Part shown: one piece after another, positions 48,584 through 62,642 of the stretch
Numbering within the stretch: position 1 is the stretch's first letter
Layout of the letters: every line of letters begins with the position of its first letter
Assembly: GCA_010356995.1 (NCBI GenBank)
Contig: ML996695.1
Coordinates: 691,061-755,060 of the forward strand
Source of the DNA: Trichodelitschia bisporula
Taxonomy: Eukaryota
Direction: 5' to 3'
Length of the DNA: 64,000 bases
Notes under the pieces: generated by a model
What the model saw: the letters and a program-made list of their open reading frames with translations, nothing else
The model's database searches: none
What the model was told of the DNA's origin: nothing
Program-made: the position numbers and the translations under genes

Positions 48584-51409
48584 CTAGTCACCGCCAAAGC
48601 GGCCCACTGTCACCCACTCTTCCTTCTTGCCTTTCTCCAACTGAGGCCCATCCCACTTCATGCGCTCCGAGCCCTCAGGAGACTTTCCGAGCCCACCTCC
48701 ACTGACCCAGCGGGTCGTGACTGCTTCAACAAAGCACAACTTTTGGCGGAATAAGTTGAACTCCAGAAGTTCAGCAGTCGCTGATCCCTTCGATCTGTTG
48801 AGCAAGCTGCTGACGGAAGCAGACAAAACCTCCCGGTTTCTGATGTACTTGAAAGGGAGATCTTCCGTCTGCTGCCAATGCAATATGCCTTCAACCGAAA
48901 TGCAGGTGAAGTCGCAATATTTACCATCTGCAGACAGTACAAGCTTCGTATGGTCAGGGAAGTTGAACTGGAGCATGTTAACCCAATTTCAAGTAAGACT
49001 TCAAGCCTCGCGGAAAATTGCGTACCTGGAAGGAGCCGTCGCTGAAACCCCAAACGCCAACAGTGCTCATACGCTCGTAGAAGTGAACGAACAAGGTCTC
49101 AGACTGTGTTTCCGGCTCCATTTCGGCCCTCAACTTCTCTGCCTGGCCAAGCTGCTGGCACATGTAGCGAGCAAACATAGCCCACAAAACGCCTATGCGT
49201 CCTAGCCGGTCGCCAGTGAGGGTCAATTTCTTCAGTTCATTCCCCGGGCAGTTGGTGTACATCTCGAAAGGGATGTTGGCCATAAGTTTAGCGTCATTTT
49301 CTTTCGGAAGATGTCCGTAGCCATTGCGTACAAATGTGTGCGTAACCGGGGAACGGGACGTAGCGTTGAAGATGCAGCCAATAGTACCATCTTCCAAGAT
49401 GTATCCAATACCATGCTTACGAGCATAATCGACCCACTTGGAGACGAAAGGCAGCTTCTTCGTGGTCGTGTCACTGCCTGGTACGCCACCCTTAGATGCC
49501 AAAGCTGACGCGATGTTGTCCCGGAGCTTTGACGCCTGCGCCAAAACATTGGCTGGATCCGAAAATTTGTATGGCTCCGCCGCCTCGAGCTTGGGTCTGG
49601 CTGGGATTGAATTCGATATGGCGATAATTGCTTCGGCAGATTTCTTCGGTGCAGGCACCGCCTTCGATTGGGACGGCGCGAGGGTACGGCACCGACGAGC
49701 AGGCCGATCAAGTGCGGTACGCACCGTTGTTGTCGCTGGAACCTCTGTGGGTGGTGCTGTTTCCCTTGAAATCTTGCGTACCGGCCCTAGAGCATCGCTT
49801 TTCGTAGAATCATCGCTAATTGGCGATTGCCTGCTCACCACGGGCTTAGCCTCGGGAAGCCGTTCACGTCTCGCAGGCCGGGGAGAGAGCTCCCTCTTTG
49901 CGTCTGGCAGATTCCTTCTAATACTTCTTGCCCGGCGGGCATCTGTTGGAGCGGCCTCTGGTTGCTGCTGCACATTCGATGGCGGCGCATTCTCCTTAGG
50001 CATCCGTGTGGCTGCCTTTCTAGCCGGAAGTCTAGAGGGCTTGACAGGTTGCTCGTTTCCGGAAATCTCCACAAGCTGATTTGCTTCTGCGGAAGATTCC
50101 CTTTCTTCCGTTATCCCGTCCAGATACGTGGGACGACGTTGCAGGATATCCACGCGATCCGTACGATCAGGGAAGGGGACGTAGACCGTCCCTACAGGAA
50201 TAGGCACCAGGGGTTGTCGACCCGCGGCTATCTCCTTCTCAACATCTTTGATCACGGAAACAACACGCTTTCCCCCAGCAAGCGGGAAGACAAGACCCGG
50301 TCCATACTCGCCAACACCTGACGCCTTGCATATTCTGGCCCAGGAGTCAGAATAACCTCGTGCAGTGGTGGTCCTCGAGGGAAGGTCGTTCGGAAAGTTA
50401 GGCCTATGTGTGAGGCATCTGCCCTCAAGGTGGTCCGGAACAAATTGCAATCTGAAGAAAGGATGGCTGACGATTTTGTCCGGGACTGGGCGGTCGTCCT
50501 CGTGAACGAGCAAAGAGCTGACCAGGTTCTTGAGCTCAGTTGAAATATCGTTTGGGCACTTGTCTTTCGTTGGCCATTCGTATTCACGGTTTTGTAGTTT
50601 CTTGTAGATGTCTTCCCGCTTGGGAGCATGGAACGGTGCCTTCCCGACGGCAAGAGTGTAACTGCATGGGTTAGCTTGCGATGTGGAACACGGATAGGGC
50701 ATTTACTGACGCAATGATTCCAATGGCCCAAATATCTACCTTCTCATTGTGCCCCTTACCACCCTTTTCCAAAATCTCAGGTGCAAGGTAGTTGGGTGTG
50801 CCGCACATAGTCGTCCGACGTGCGCCCATGTCATTCTTCGAGACCAGCATGGCTGCAAGCCCAAAATCGCCAACCTTAACGTTCATATCCTTGTCCAGAA
50901 ACAGGTTACCGGTCTTCAGGTCTCTGTGCACAATGTTGCGATGATGCAAGTACTTGACTGCACCACAAGTTTGGATGATGAAGCGCCGAATTTCCGGCAT
51001 TGTGAAGTATTTGCGGGCTCGTAGAGCATCGGCAAGAGATCCGTTTTCGCAGAGCTCCAGAACTACGTATGTATTTTGCTCGAATGAGAACGCGCGGTGA
51101 AACCCAACAATGTTGGCATGATGGAGTTTGGAGTGAAGCTGCAATTCTGTAGCAAACTATGAAATAGGTTAGCTTTAGCCATTGAACTATGTTGTGCTGA
51201 TAAAGTACCTTCTGCGCCAGCTTGGGAGGCTCCATCTTGGAGCGAACGATTTTCAGGGCTACAATCTTTCCTGAAGGCTTGCCATCGTACAGCTCTGCAC
51301 GATAGCAAATGGCAAAGCCGCCTTTTCCAAGGTACTTGCCAGTGACATAATGAACATCATGAGATGGCTCTCTCACAATAGGAGGGGGTGCTTCAGCGTG
51401 GACAGACAT
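48584..51409 (-). CDS. CDC5: Polo-like kinase (Cdc5/PlkA)
   Basis: GKGGFA..C, HRDLKTGN, GDFGLA, TMCGTPNYLAPE; polo-box motifs FVSKWVDY..KHGIGY and QFNFPDHTKL. Three introns; start inferred. Confidence 0.94.
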
Positions 51410-51837
51410 GGTGAAGTGAGTGTCCTTGTCGTCGTGGGGCGTGAAAGGAAGAGCTTCAAGGTTTGTAAACAATGGTTGCTAAGAGAGCTTTGGCGCAGCA
51501 TGGACCCCATGCTCCTTGCTCCATGTTTGTGGCACAGGTGGCTGGTGGCAACCACATTCACTTGGCGCCGAGGATTTATCCCAACCAGAGTTTGAGCCTA
51601 GCCGGCCAATGAGCATCAGGGAGCTGTGACTTCGAGCGTTGTAACGTCGAGCCGGCTCACTTTTCAGTTACGATATCATCGCAAATACACCCTTGATGAA
51701 GGTATAACCTCTCAAATATACCCGAGAATAGGGCGGTGGAATGGTCTCAGCTTTCCTGGAGTAAGCGGCATCCGCCCACTCCGTTCTATACTCTACCTTC
51801 CGCAACCCCGCACACCTCTCCAGACCGTTCCTCGGCC

Positions 51838-52676
51838 ATGTCGCTCACACTGAAGATCGGGTCTTTGGCTGTAAGGACATTGGCGAAACCCATCGGTGTA
51901 AGTTTATCTCCTCGTACGACATCTAGTCGAGGTCGTGGCAGCGCCACTGATGCGTACACTAGAACTACATCAAGCGAAACGCCCGAGAGCATGAGCGATT
52001 CCGCAAAATATGCGTGAGCTTTGCTCAATCCCTCCATCGGATCGACATGCGCCTGCGTCTAGGCCTGCTCCAAGATTCTGCCACCATTGATCGTCAAATT
52101 GCGAGAGAGCTTGCTGAGGCTGAGGCTCGGCGCTTAAAAGCTGCGGCTCCCACCGTGAAAACGGAAGCCGAGATGAAGGCAACGGAAGCAGCCCTGTTGA
52201 AAGAGAAGAAGGGCATTGAAGAACATGTCAAGGCGGCAACAAAGAAGCCTCGCATACGACCACTCTCGGAGGCAAAGGCGATAGAATCGGGAGCCAACTT
52301 CATTTCAGAAACCTTTCTCTTCATGGTAGCAGGCAGCATCATCGTCTTCGAGTCAGTGAGATCGCGGCGCAAGGAGTCGAATCGTCAAGGAGATGTCAAT
52401 GAGAGACTGGAAGAACTAGAGAAGGAACGTCAAGACACTAAGGCGAAGATTCAGCAGCTAGAGGAAGAGCTCTACACCGCATTGGTCAAGCTAGGCACCG
52501 TTCCAGCGTCGTCGATAACAAAGGGAGGCACGGGATCAAATTCGGCAGAGGTGGCGATTGAAGCTACATCTCAACCCCCTGAGACTTCACAGATACGCAA
52601 GGAAACACCACAGAAGAAAACGTCTACATTCTGGATGTGGCTTCCGCATATGCCCGGGACAAGAAAAGAGGAATGA
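51838..52676 (+). CDS. OPA3: OPA3-family mitochondrial protein
   Basis: MSLTLKIGSLAVRTLAKPIG, intron 51898-51962, then NYIKRNAREHERFR...IRPLSEAKAIESGANFISETFLF and a coiled coil. Confidence 0.92.
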
Positions 52677-52878
52677 CCATTGATTTGAGTACACACTGAC
52701 TTCGACCGTTACTCTACACGGCGCCCTTTGGACAGCTTCGGTAGATTTGGGAGGGCTTCAACCCTGAAATTAGTATCATGATGGCGACCACTATGTATAA
52801 TTACTCCACTCAGACGGAATCACACCTTCCGGAAATTCGAAAACGGTGTCGTGACCCTTATGCCTCCATTGAAGAGCT

Positions 52879-55239
52879 TCATACGCTCTCCTTCCCCAAT
52901 CTGTCTAGCTCTAGCTTTATGAAATCCTCAGCCGTGACGATCTCCGTGCTCCCATACACAATCCTCCTTTTAGTGGTCGAACCCGGGGCGCCTCCTCCGC
53001 TCGTCCTCGCTGCCCACTCCTGGAGATTGCCATACTCGTCAATGCTCCCACCTCCCACGGTGAACACCACTGCCTCGCCGAAGCCTTGTCTCCGCTGCCC
53101 GAAGCTCGCCTCGATACCTCTACTTGCACCACCCAAGGCACCGGCTTGCTGTGCACGGGCCGCGCTTGCCGGTGGCATTGTGCCTCGCGCATTTGCACTG
53201 CGCGGATCGAAGTAAAGGTAGTTCTCAGTGCGCGCTATCGCTGCCGAGGATGCGTTTTGCGGGTCCATCAACGACTCAGTGATCTTAGTGATGGTAAAGT
53301 CCTTGTTCGCAGGAAGGAAGTTCTTGACGCCCGAGATGAGGTTCTCAAAGTTGGCGCCAATGCCAGCCTCCTTAAACCCACTGGTTAAACGGCTCGACAA
53401 AGAACTGAAGCCTTTGAGAAGGTCGTTGGAGGCGGATGGTGGGTTTGGCTGGGTTGGAGCCGTTGACATCATTGTCATGCGAGTGATTTCCCGAACACTG
53501 CAAGGAATTAGGCGGACTCAATGCTAGTATGGGTAGACAAACCGTCGAATATAGGCCAGCGAAGCTGTATCAGCGCCAACACCCCGCAATTTCTCCTCAA
53601 ACTGTTCCATATCGGCTCTTGAGACTTCCTGTTCCGTGCTAAGGAACCAGATGATGAAGAGACGCAGTTTGTCGAGCGGTTCGCTCCCCTTGTCCTTATC
53701 GCTGATTAACTCCGCGATCTGTGCTTTGGTCTGTTTGGAGATATTCTCTTCAATTTGAAAGAAATTGTCCAGTTGCCTCTCTTTAATACCGTGCAAGAGC
53801 GCTGTAGCGATGTTCATGTGCATATCAAGTATTGCCTTTCGTTCCTTGAGCTCTGGAAGAAGGGTAATCGCAACTTTAAGGTGTTGGGCCGAAACGCCAG
53901 TCTCCGCTTGCAGCTCTTCCAACGATGAAGCACCACTCTTTCTCGTGAGATCCGCAGCGTCCTCCTTGTATTTGGACAACTGGGCGTCGATATCTTCCGC
54001 AACATTAGGGAACGGTTGACCAGCGTTCTTTTTCCAAAAGAAGTCGTTGGCTTTGAGATCGTAATGCTTGACAACAGGCTTTGAAGTCCCGGACTCGTCA
54101 GCAGGAATCTCCACTGTAATCTGATTGAGGCGCATGCGCAGGACATCGTGCACGAGAGACTGGTAAGTCCAGGAATGAGACAGCATGGGGACTAGGTCCA
54201 CGTTGCGATCGACGATAATGAGAATAGGCCGAGAAGCAGGTGTTCCGGTTGTGGGGCCTTTTCCAGTGTGTGAGGAGAAAAGGGTGCTATCCTTAGAGTT
54301 CAGGACGTGGTCACGCAGCTTCCGATCGAGCTTCGCGGCTATCATTTCTGCAGCACCAGCTTTCGGACAGCGAATGATGGGAATTGAGCCTAAATTCACG
54401 GTAAGCGCTAGGGTTGCTACTGGTACACAGAGACGGACCCATGGTAACAACAACGCTGAACAAGCCGCTGACTATGCGGTCAATCGTCGTGTCAAGCTGC
54501 TCGTCACTTGTTTGGGCACTGTTCATGGTCCAGTATGTGTCCTTTCCCATTCCCAGGCTGAAGAGATCTGGCTCGCTGACGATGAAGTTGAGATACTGGT
54601 CGTACACTTGCGCAATGTGATCCCCAGTCCCAGCAGCGGCAGTTTGGGCGGCGAAATCCTCGAGGATGGGTCTTGGAATTGACGACAAGAAATTGATGTA
54701 CGCCGGAGAATAGAGACTTTGCGACAGGTCTGATGTTATGATACTTAGATTTGCTGTTGTAGGCTCAACGAGGTAGATGACCGGAACATCGGGAATCGCG
54801 TGTCTCGTGGAGTTGAGATTTCTAGAGATAAAGATCAGCTACTGGTCCTGGGCATGGGCACCACACCGATGTGAAAGTCACACAGCCACATACAGATGTA
54901 TCGTGATACCACATGCTCTCAGGTCGTTGACCCTCATCACGCTGCTGATGACATCCCTCCCCAGTCTGTCGAAAACCAGCACCTTCCATATGGGCTCTCC
55001 GTCGGCATTGAGGATAGGCGTAGCTTCCGGGAGAAGGCCATTGGAGTGGGACTCATGGTGTCCGTTCTGGTTTTGCGGGAGATCGTGGTTCAGGTTGAGA
55101 ATGCGCTCGATGGATGCTAAGGTGAACAAGCAACGTCAGCGAGTCCACTTCACTATAGGCTTGCCTTCACGAGGGGGCTCTATTGCAAGCAGTATTTACC
55201 GACTTGGCGATCTCTCAGCGTAGGATGATGCGCGGCCAT
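52879..55239 (-). CDS. SLY1: Sec1/Munc18-family ER-Golgi trafficking protein Sly1
   Basis: TLRDRQVASIERILNLN, WKVLVFDRLGRDVISSV.RVNDLR, PIIRCPK, DRNVDLVPMLSHSWTYQSLVHDVL, VFTVGGG..EY.NLQEW and IVYGSTE; multi-exon. Confidence 0.95.
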
Positions 55240-55547
55240 GATTACGTCGGCCGAAGGCCAGCCTGCGACTGGCGCAACTTCATAAACGACGGGGGGTCGG
55301 CAGTCAAAGACGAGGCGTTAGTGTGCAGGTACGATACTCTTAGGGGGAGGCGAAATAGGCGCGGAGTTGGTGCAGAGCTGTGCGGCAAGAGAGGGAGGCA
55401 AAAAGGAAGGTGAATGTGTATCGTCTACTGTAAGTGGACAACTACGAACTTATTTCACTGGAAGGAAAGCTGGCCTTGCTGGCTGTCCGGAGAGTTTCAT
55501 GAGACGGTGGCATCAGACATGGTGCTAATTGCGGCCTAGCGCACGCT

Positions 55548-55557
55548 GTCACGTGAC
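55548..55557. promoter_or_regulatory. Palindromic E-box GTCACGTGAC (Cbf1-type bHLH site) in divergent SLY1 / PNUTS-like promoter
   Basis: Exact RTCACGTGAY match directly before a CT-rich tract; binding is inferred. Confidence 0.55.
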
Positions 55558-56679
55558 CATAACTTCATCGACCTGGCCGCGAGTCCGCTCCGGTTCACTC
55601 CCTCTCCCTCGCCCAAACCTTTCACTCACACAACAAACCTTTCGCACCCCGCTGCCACCCTTACAACTCTCCATTGTTCTCGACTCCACCACATCAACAA
55701 TAAAGTGCCTCGGTGGCCAAAGCCCTGTTCCATCTTTGTCTGAATGATAAATTGTCTTCTGATGATTGACAACCTACGTTTTGAGACCGAGGGAGCGTGA
55801 CGGCAGAAGTTGCACTGCTTTGGTTTTCGGTTGGGGATTTCGGTGACTGAGCGAAGGGGAAGATCGTTGGACTAAAGCGCGCTCCATCATACGTTTACAC
55901 AGGTGAAAACCTGGGAGACGAGTACGGAGTAGAAACTTTGCGGCGGCACTCAGTTTACGCGCGACTTGTCGCTCTGTGGAGGGACGCATCTGGGCCGCGT
56001 GAAGTACGGTGTCTTTCTCACAATCTTTGCCCGCCTGCTGCTCGCGATCCGCTACGCACCGCGTCGGAACAGCGCTTATACTCAGCGAAAAGCGGCCAAG
56101 TGGTGAAAGGAAAAGGCACTCTGCGGGGGGGTTGCCCTTTGGGTCTGGTAGGCACTTTTCTTCGCAGGCCATTCACACATCCGCCAACCGCCACCCCAGA
56201 AGAATCCATCCTATCTTCTTTCCGCTATAACCTTCAGAGAAAAGCTTCAAGGCAAACAGCGGTGGTGCGGACACCCAACCACCTTTTTTGCATATCGTCC
56301 CCGATACAACACGCACAACGCAGGCGACAGAGCAGACGGACCTTCCTCACTACCTCAGACATCAAGCCTGAGAAGGCGGCCTTAATTTGGCGTCGCAGTC
56401 CCCTCGTTTCCACACAGTACACTGCTCACTAAAGCATACACTCTCCCTGAACAAACACCTGACGACCCATTTGCGGCTTAGCTCATTCTGCGCCGAGGCA
56501 CCTGCACGACCGGGATTGGGATCAGGGCTGGGTTGCCTTTACTTGGCACACATCCTCTGAGCCAATCCTCTCTCTCCCTTTGCCCTTCACCCCAGCGCAC
56601 TCCGCTCTGCTCCCACGCACAAACTCCTCCACCCTCCTTCTCCGCTCCGCTACACCTCACAAGCCACATCACCGCCACA

Positions 56680-59600
56680 ATGACTTCAAATCACGTGGAA
56701 CATAATCCACCTGGTCACGGCTCCACGATGTTCGTGGACAATGACGATGCCTACAACTACAATCCTGTCTTTGCCCATGGCCAGGCGCAATATGACTCCA
56801 ATTGGACAGTCGACCACAACCCTCCCTCCACCAATGGCATCTATCAGAATGCCACACCAAATGCCGTCAATACTTGGGCTCATCCGACCTCAACCACCTC
56901 TCAGAGCAACATGAACTACGGCGCCACATCAGGCGGCTACTACGGAATGCCAAATTCACGGCCGCCGCCCCAGTTTCGCGATACAGCGGCATTCCCTACC
57001 CATGCGGGACTTTCCCATCCGTCAAGCTCCACATCAATGCCTCGTGTAGCCATGCCTACCTTACAACCCCAGGGTCACGCTCAGCAATCCACACCCACGG
57101 TACATCTTTCGGCGGTTCCTGTAAGTGTTGCATCCTTTCCTGCATAATTCAAATGACTGACCTATCCGTTCCAGCTCTCAAGAACCCAGCCAAGGGAAGA
57201 TGCGATCAATGCTCATGTTGGTCGAGCGAAAAGGCTTCAAATACCCAAAGGTACTATGTCCGGAAACTTTTTCGTCGTTGATCAAAAGGCGCTTGCATCT
57301 GTCGCGGGATCCAAGCCTTTGCATAATTTCGTAGATATCAGCATTTCCCAAGCTGATCTGCCAATCACCAAGAGTAAGTGAATCCCGTAATTCGCAGACT
57401 CAGACTGAGTTTTCCAAGGCACCATTCCCCCTTATGTGCCACGCAAATCAAGAAAGGAGATCCTTGCTGACCCTACGCTTCGCGGTATGTAAAACTCTTG
57501 TGTAATCTGATTCGCTAATTAGTAGCAGCAAAAGTCGACAAAGCCCCCAATCCATTCAAGACACTCACCAAGATGATGATCTCTAATTCCTCACCTGCGA
57601 CAACACCGGACACTATAGGATCTTCCGAGACTAGTTCATCAGAGTACACCGACTCAGAGTACGAGTCTGAGTCGTCGGAAGAACCCTCTCCATTGCCCCA
57701 GTCGCGCCCTCACGACGCACTTCAAGCCGTTCGGTATGATGTGATCAAAGCCGTTTGGCTTCCACGTAACGTCGCGTCCAAGCCTGACACAATCCGAACT
57801 GCTCTAAAGGAGTTCTGGGATGTCGTTCGCGCTATACGTGATCGGTGGAAGACCGAAATGGATGCTCTCAAAAAAGCCGGCGAGAATAAGCAAGACTCTC
57901 AACTGCCTGCCCTCAAAGAGCGTGTGGAAAAACAACGATCAGCGGTTGAGATTGCTTTAAGCACCGCTGTAGAATTCGGTCACCCTGCCGTCATGCGATT
58001 GTACGTGTCCTCTTCTCACTAGTTCCGTCATTCCCTATATCCCATCCCTTAAACTGGCACCATAAAGGCGTTGCAATAGAATTACTCCTTTGCTTGCAGA
58101 GAATGTTTCGCAAAGGGGGCTTGCAAAGGTGGTCTCAGACTGAGCGCGGAACGGGATAGAAGTTCTGCTGCTTCAAACCGATTGCGAGATACTGCTTGTG
58201 GTGGGAAAGTCTCGCAGTAGTTACTGTCTCCCAGTTACAACCGTCAAAGTCTGTTTGCGCTAGGAACGGAGTTTCCGGTCACGCGTACTCCACAAGCTGT
58301 GAACCACTTTTTGGTTTCTGGATATCTGATCCCTGAAGTCATACTAATGCTTGGCTGTGAATTAGGCTTAGTCAAAACATGCCGTTGATCCTGACGATGT
58401 ATCAGTTTCTGGTTGATCGCGTGCGCGAGAACGATTACAGTGGCCGAGCCGTCGTTACTATCTGCAAGGTTTGTTCCCCTATCGTTTCCGCTGTTGAACG
58501 TTTGCTAATTGGCATCAGTTTCTGCTAACCTGTGGTCTGACGTCGGAAGCGCTGGAGACGGGGAACCTCAACAAAGTGTTTTCCCGGTTCACAAAGCGCG
58601 GGAGTGATGAAATCAAGGCGTTGGTAAAGCAAATCACAGAAGCCGCCGCTGCCGAGTCGAAAAATGCAAAGCCTACGTCTAAACCCACAAAACTGGAGGA
58701 GTCCAAAGACGGCAAGGGATCGGAGACTGCTGTCGGCGTCAAGCGGCCCAGAATGGATGGAGCCAACCCCCCGCCGGCTAAGCGTGTGGCTCCCACCACT
58801 GCTTCCATGGATCTTGGGAACAAGTCAACTGTGCCAAAACGCCCGACCGTTCCATCAAGCTCTTCAGATAAAGTTGCATCTAATCCTGCTACCAAGCCGA
58901 AGACTCCGGCAGCAGCAAGTAGTTTCTTCACGAGTCTACCGACGGCGCAGACGAAGACTGCCCCTTCCACTACTGCCGTGGCCTCTATGAAGCCTAAAGC
59001 AAAGATTGGGGTACCGGAGAAAAAGCGCCCCGTTGCCGCACCAGGCCCCACGAAGCCAGTCTTTTCCTTCTCAGAGACAATGGCCAATCTTACTAAGGCT
59101 CGGGAACCTGAACGCACTGTGAAGAAAGAAGAAAAGCTGCCCCCTGAGACCCCCGAAGAGCGTGCGAAGCGTCTGCGTAAAGAAGAGCGGCGCAAGCTGC
59201 GTGTGACGTGGAAAACGGACGCGGCACTTGTGGATGTCCGGTACTTTAGCCGTGATCCCTCAGAGTTCCCTGGCAGCTCATCGAATACTCGTGACGTTAA
59301 GGACGGCAAGGAGAAGGAAGGGCTGGCCTTCAAGCGCCATATGGACGTCACTGATATCGAGGAAGAAGACGATCAGCCTCTGGAGCACACTTTCTTCGAG
59401 TTTACTTACCCCAGTCTGGTCGACTTTAGTGGTGTCGGAGAGAAGGAGCGCGAGATCAACTACGAGCGATTTGGTGGGCAAAAGAAGGTCGAATCCCCTG
59501 AACGCCTGGCCCAAGAGGAACGCGAAACCACCACGCTCATGGTTACCTACTTCGCGCGTTCCGATATCCCTCCCTCTCCGAGAGAACCCCCCAATCCTTA

Positions 59601-60369
59601 CACTGGAGTACCCCTGGAGACAAAGATGTTCGGAAACCCTCCAGACACTGTTATGCAGCGTATGGCGGCATTGCAGCCTCAGCAAGCGCCCGACATCATG
59701 AATATACTGAAAGCTATCCAAGGCAGCCAACCCGAACAGCCGACCGAACAGTCTTACCAGCAGCCCACACTTGCCCTTCAGAGTTCTTTCCAGCCTCCGC
59801 AGCCTCAGCCCGCTGCTCAACCGAACTCGATCGAGAGCATCCTTGCTCAGATGACTGGCTCGAGCATCGCTCAACCGGCCCCGGCTGCTCCGCAGTATGC
59901 GCAGTACCAGGCCCCAGCCCCGGTGGCTCAGGTGCAGCCTCCCGCTCGCGGCCAAGAATCGGATATCAAGTCCATCCTTGAAGCCCTGAATATGCACGCG
60001 CAGCCGATGCAGCAGCCAACGACTGCAGCCCAGTCGTTTGCTCCTGCTGCCACTCCTTCGATGAGCAATTCATCTGCAATGGAGATCATGGCCCGGTTAG
60101 GTGTAAACGTAGCCACGATCCCGGGTTTCGCGCCATCCGCCGTTGCTCCCTCATCTTCCTCGACGCAGCTGTTTGAGCACCCGGAGCGCAAAAGGATGCG
60201 CGAAGGCGACAACTCTGGATCCGACCAAGGGCCTTCGTCCGGCAAGCGGGCCAAATGGAATGGAAACCGAAACCCGGACAAGCCGAAGTTCATATTTCCT
60301 TGTCGCTTTTGGAAAGATGGCCGCTGCAAAAAGGGGGCTGATTGTACGTACCGGCACGAGCCGCTTTGA
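56680..60369 (+). CDS. PNUTS/Ppn1/Ref2-like PP1 regulatory subunit with C-terminal CCCH zinc finger
   Basis: Multi-exon. TFIIS-N-like helical segment (LETGNLNKVFSRFTKRGSDEIKALVKQI), PP1-docking RVxW motif RRKLRVTWK followed by LVDVRYF, Q/P-rich region, and CRFWKDGRCKKGADCTYRH. Family assignment is from architecture only. Confidence 0.75.
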
Positions 60370-60803
60370 ACTCTTTGTAGTTCATGTAGAATTCTTAATG
60401 TATGTTGTAGCGAGCCAGGTTCCCTGGGTGCTTTGGGACCTGTTCCTCATATTTGTACGTTGCATAGGGTCCGGCGCAGCTTTGTCTTCTGATTTGGCGC
60501 ATTTCTCTGAGCATTTCTGGCGGGGGCAAGAGGCGACTGAACAAAGGGCTTGATTCTGTCGCAAGACAATTTTTTTTTGTGCGGTTCCGGCGCATCACCT
60601 ACTGGCGAATGTGGAAATGGGCTAATTCTCCGACTGGGTGATCTTCATAAGCTAATGATTGAGACGGATACACGCCTTCCCGAGGAGGTCCTGGGGCGGT
60701 CCTTAGTCTATAGTCTACAGCGCAGTACGGTCAGGAGGTCATGCATTGTTTGTGAAGTAGTTGCCCTGAATCATAAGTCGGTCCAGGTCACAGTTGTTCC
60801 GCT

Positions 60804-62642
60804 TCATCGCTTGTGCGCCCCCAGCTTCCCAGCTCCTCGAAAAGTAACCACCGCGATTGTGAACCCAAGCACCGCCAGCCCGAAGTCAAACCAGTCGGCA
60901 GTCCGCAAGCCCTTGAGCAGCGCTGCATTGCCTACACCGACCTCCTCCAACGTCCCAACTTCCGCCACGCCCTTGCCTTGTTCCTTGGCTATCACTGCCA
61001 TTTCGATTGCCGTGCCGATGGCGAGGCCGAGTGAGCGACCTACCTGGGCGACGGCATTGATCAGTGCTCCGCCCAGTGCTTGGTCTTCTTTTGGCAGGGT
61101 GTGAGCGGTAAAGAGCGTTAGGCAGGGGTAAATAGTATCTGCGCCCAAGACGCTCAAAACCATGGCTGGGAAGCCATAGGCCCAGTAGGTTGTATTTGGG
61201 GCAATGGGAAGAGCGAAGAGGAGAGACGAGATGGCGATACATGTTATGCCGAACATTAGCATGTACATTCCAGGAATATGGGCGAGAAGGATGCCGGTGG
61301 TGAAGGCCGTCAGCAGGCCAACCACGCCTGTGGGGATGAACCGGAGGGTGGTTTGGATAACTGAGAGGCCTTGGTATTCTTGAAAGCTGTGATAGATATT
61401 AGCTTGGTGCTAGTTAAAAAGTGATAAGCTGACTTACAAGTAGGTAGTAAAAACGAGGAAGTTGCTAAAAGAAGCGAAGAATAGGGCCATGATGGCCATG
61501 GCGCCACGGAGACGGAGACTCCGCCAAATTGAGACTTTCATCAAAGGTCGGCGGTTGGTTTTTGTCTCGAGGTACCATTGCCAACATATAAAGGCGGCAA
61601 CTAGGATCAAGGAGACGACGATCAGGGCAGGAATCCAAGGTGTCGACCAGCCGACAACGTTCCCTTCAGTAAGGGCAAACATGAGCGCAAGGAGGCCACA
61701 AGTGATAATCCCTCCCCCGACCCAGTCGACATCTGGCTTTGCTCTGGGAGCAAGTGAAGGAGGTGGTCTGGGTATGACGAAAACCCCTGCAGTAGTTACG
61801 GCAGCGGCGAGGAAAGAGAAGATCCAGAAGACCCATTTCCACGAGGTGTACTGCCCGATCACGCCAGCCTAAGATGCACGTCAATGATTATTCGGGCAGT
61901 TGAAAGGTTGGAGTATTACCAAGATGTTTCCAACAACGGATCCCAAGGGAGCACCAGCCCCGTAGCATGCAAAAGCATAGTTTTTAGCCTTCGATGGCGG
62001 AAACGTCACGCCCAGGATTCCTAATGCGGTAGGAACATTGGCCGCCGCGCCCTGGCATTGTGAGCTCTCCGCCGGTGGTGCGATGCCTACGTACTTACAA
62101 GACCTTGGAGGGCTCTGAAAATATCAAAGGCGATTTCATTTGGAGCAAATGGAAGAACGACCGTCCAGATTGTGAGCCAGACAGATCCGCAAATGAAGAT
62201 GAGCCGTTTTCCAAAGCAATCGGCAATCCGACCCCAGAGGAGGAGAAAACAACCAAAGGGTAGGGCGTAGGCAGATACAATCCACTGCTGTCTGCTGTTT
62301 GGGATGTTCAAATCCTTTCCGATACTCGGCAAGACTATCACGACGGCTTGGTTGCTCATAGTCTAATAGAGTCAGATAGCGCTGGACAATCCAGGATGGT
62401 CATCTCACATTCAGAAAAGCAGCCCCGGTGAGTGTAAAAACAAGAGCAAGTAACCGTGCCCTAGAAAATGGAAGTTTATCCCGAGCTCCATCATCGCATG
62501 AGGCTTCATCCGCTGACTGGCTCGGAGCCGCAACCTTGAGATCAGTTGCATTTTGCTCTAAGTCGACATCAACATCAACGATATCGCTCTTATGGTGATC
62601 ATTGACATGTTCTGAAGGCCTAAACTCCTTATCCATGGTCAT
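60804..62642 (-). CDS. MFS drug:H+ antiporter-like transporter (14-TM, Atr1/DHA2-like)
   Basis: Motif A WGRIADCFGKR, QWIVSAYAL, FRALQGL, WKWVFW and DWVGG; many hydrophobic segments; four introns. Confidence 0.9.
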
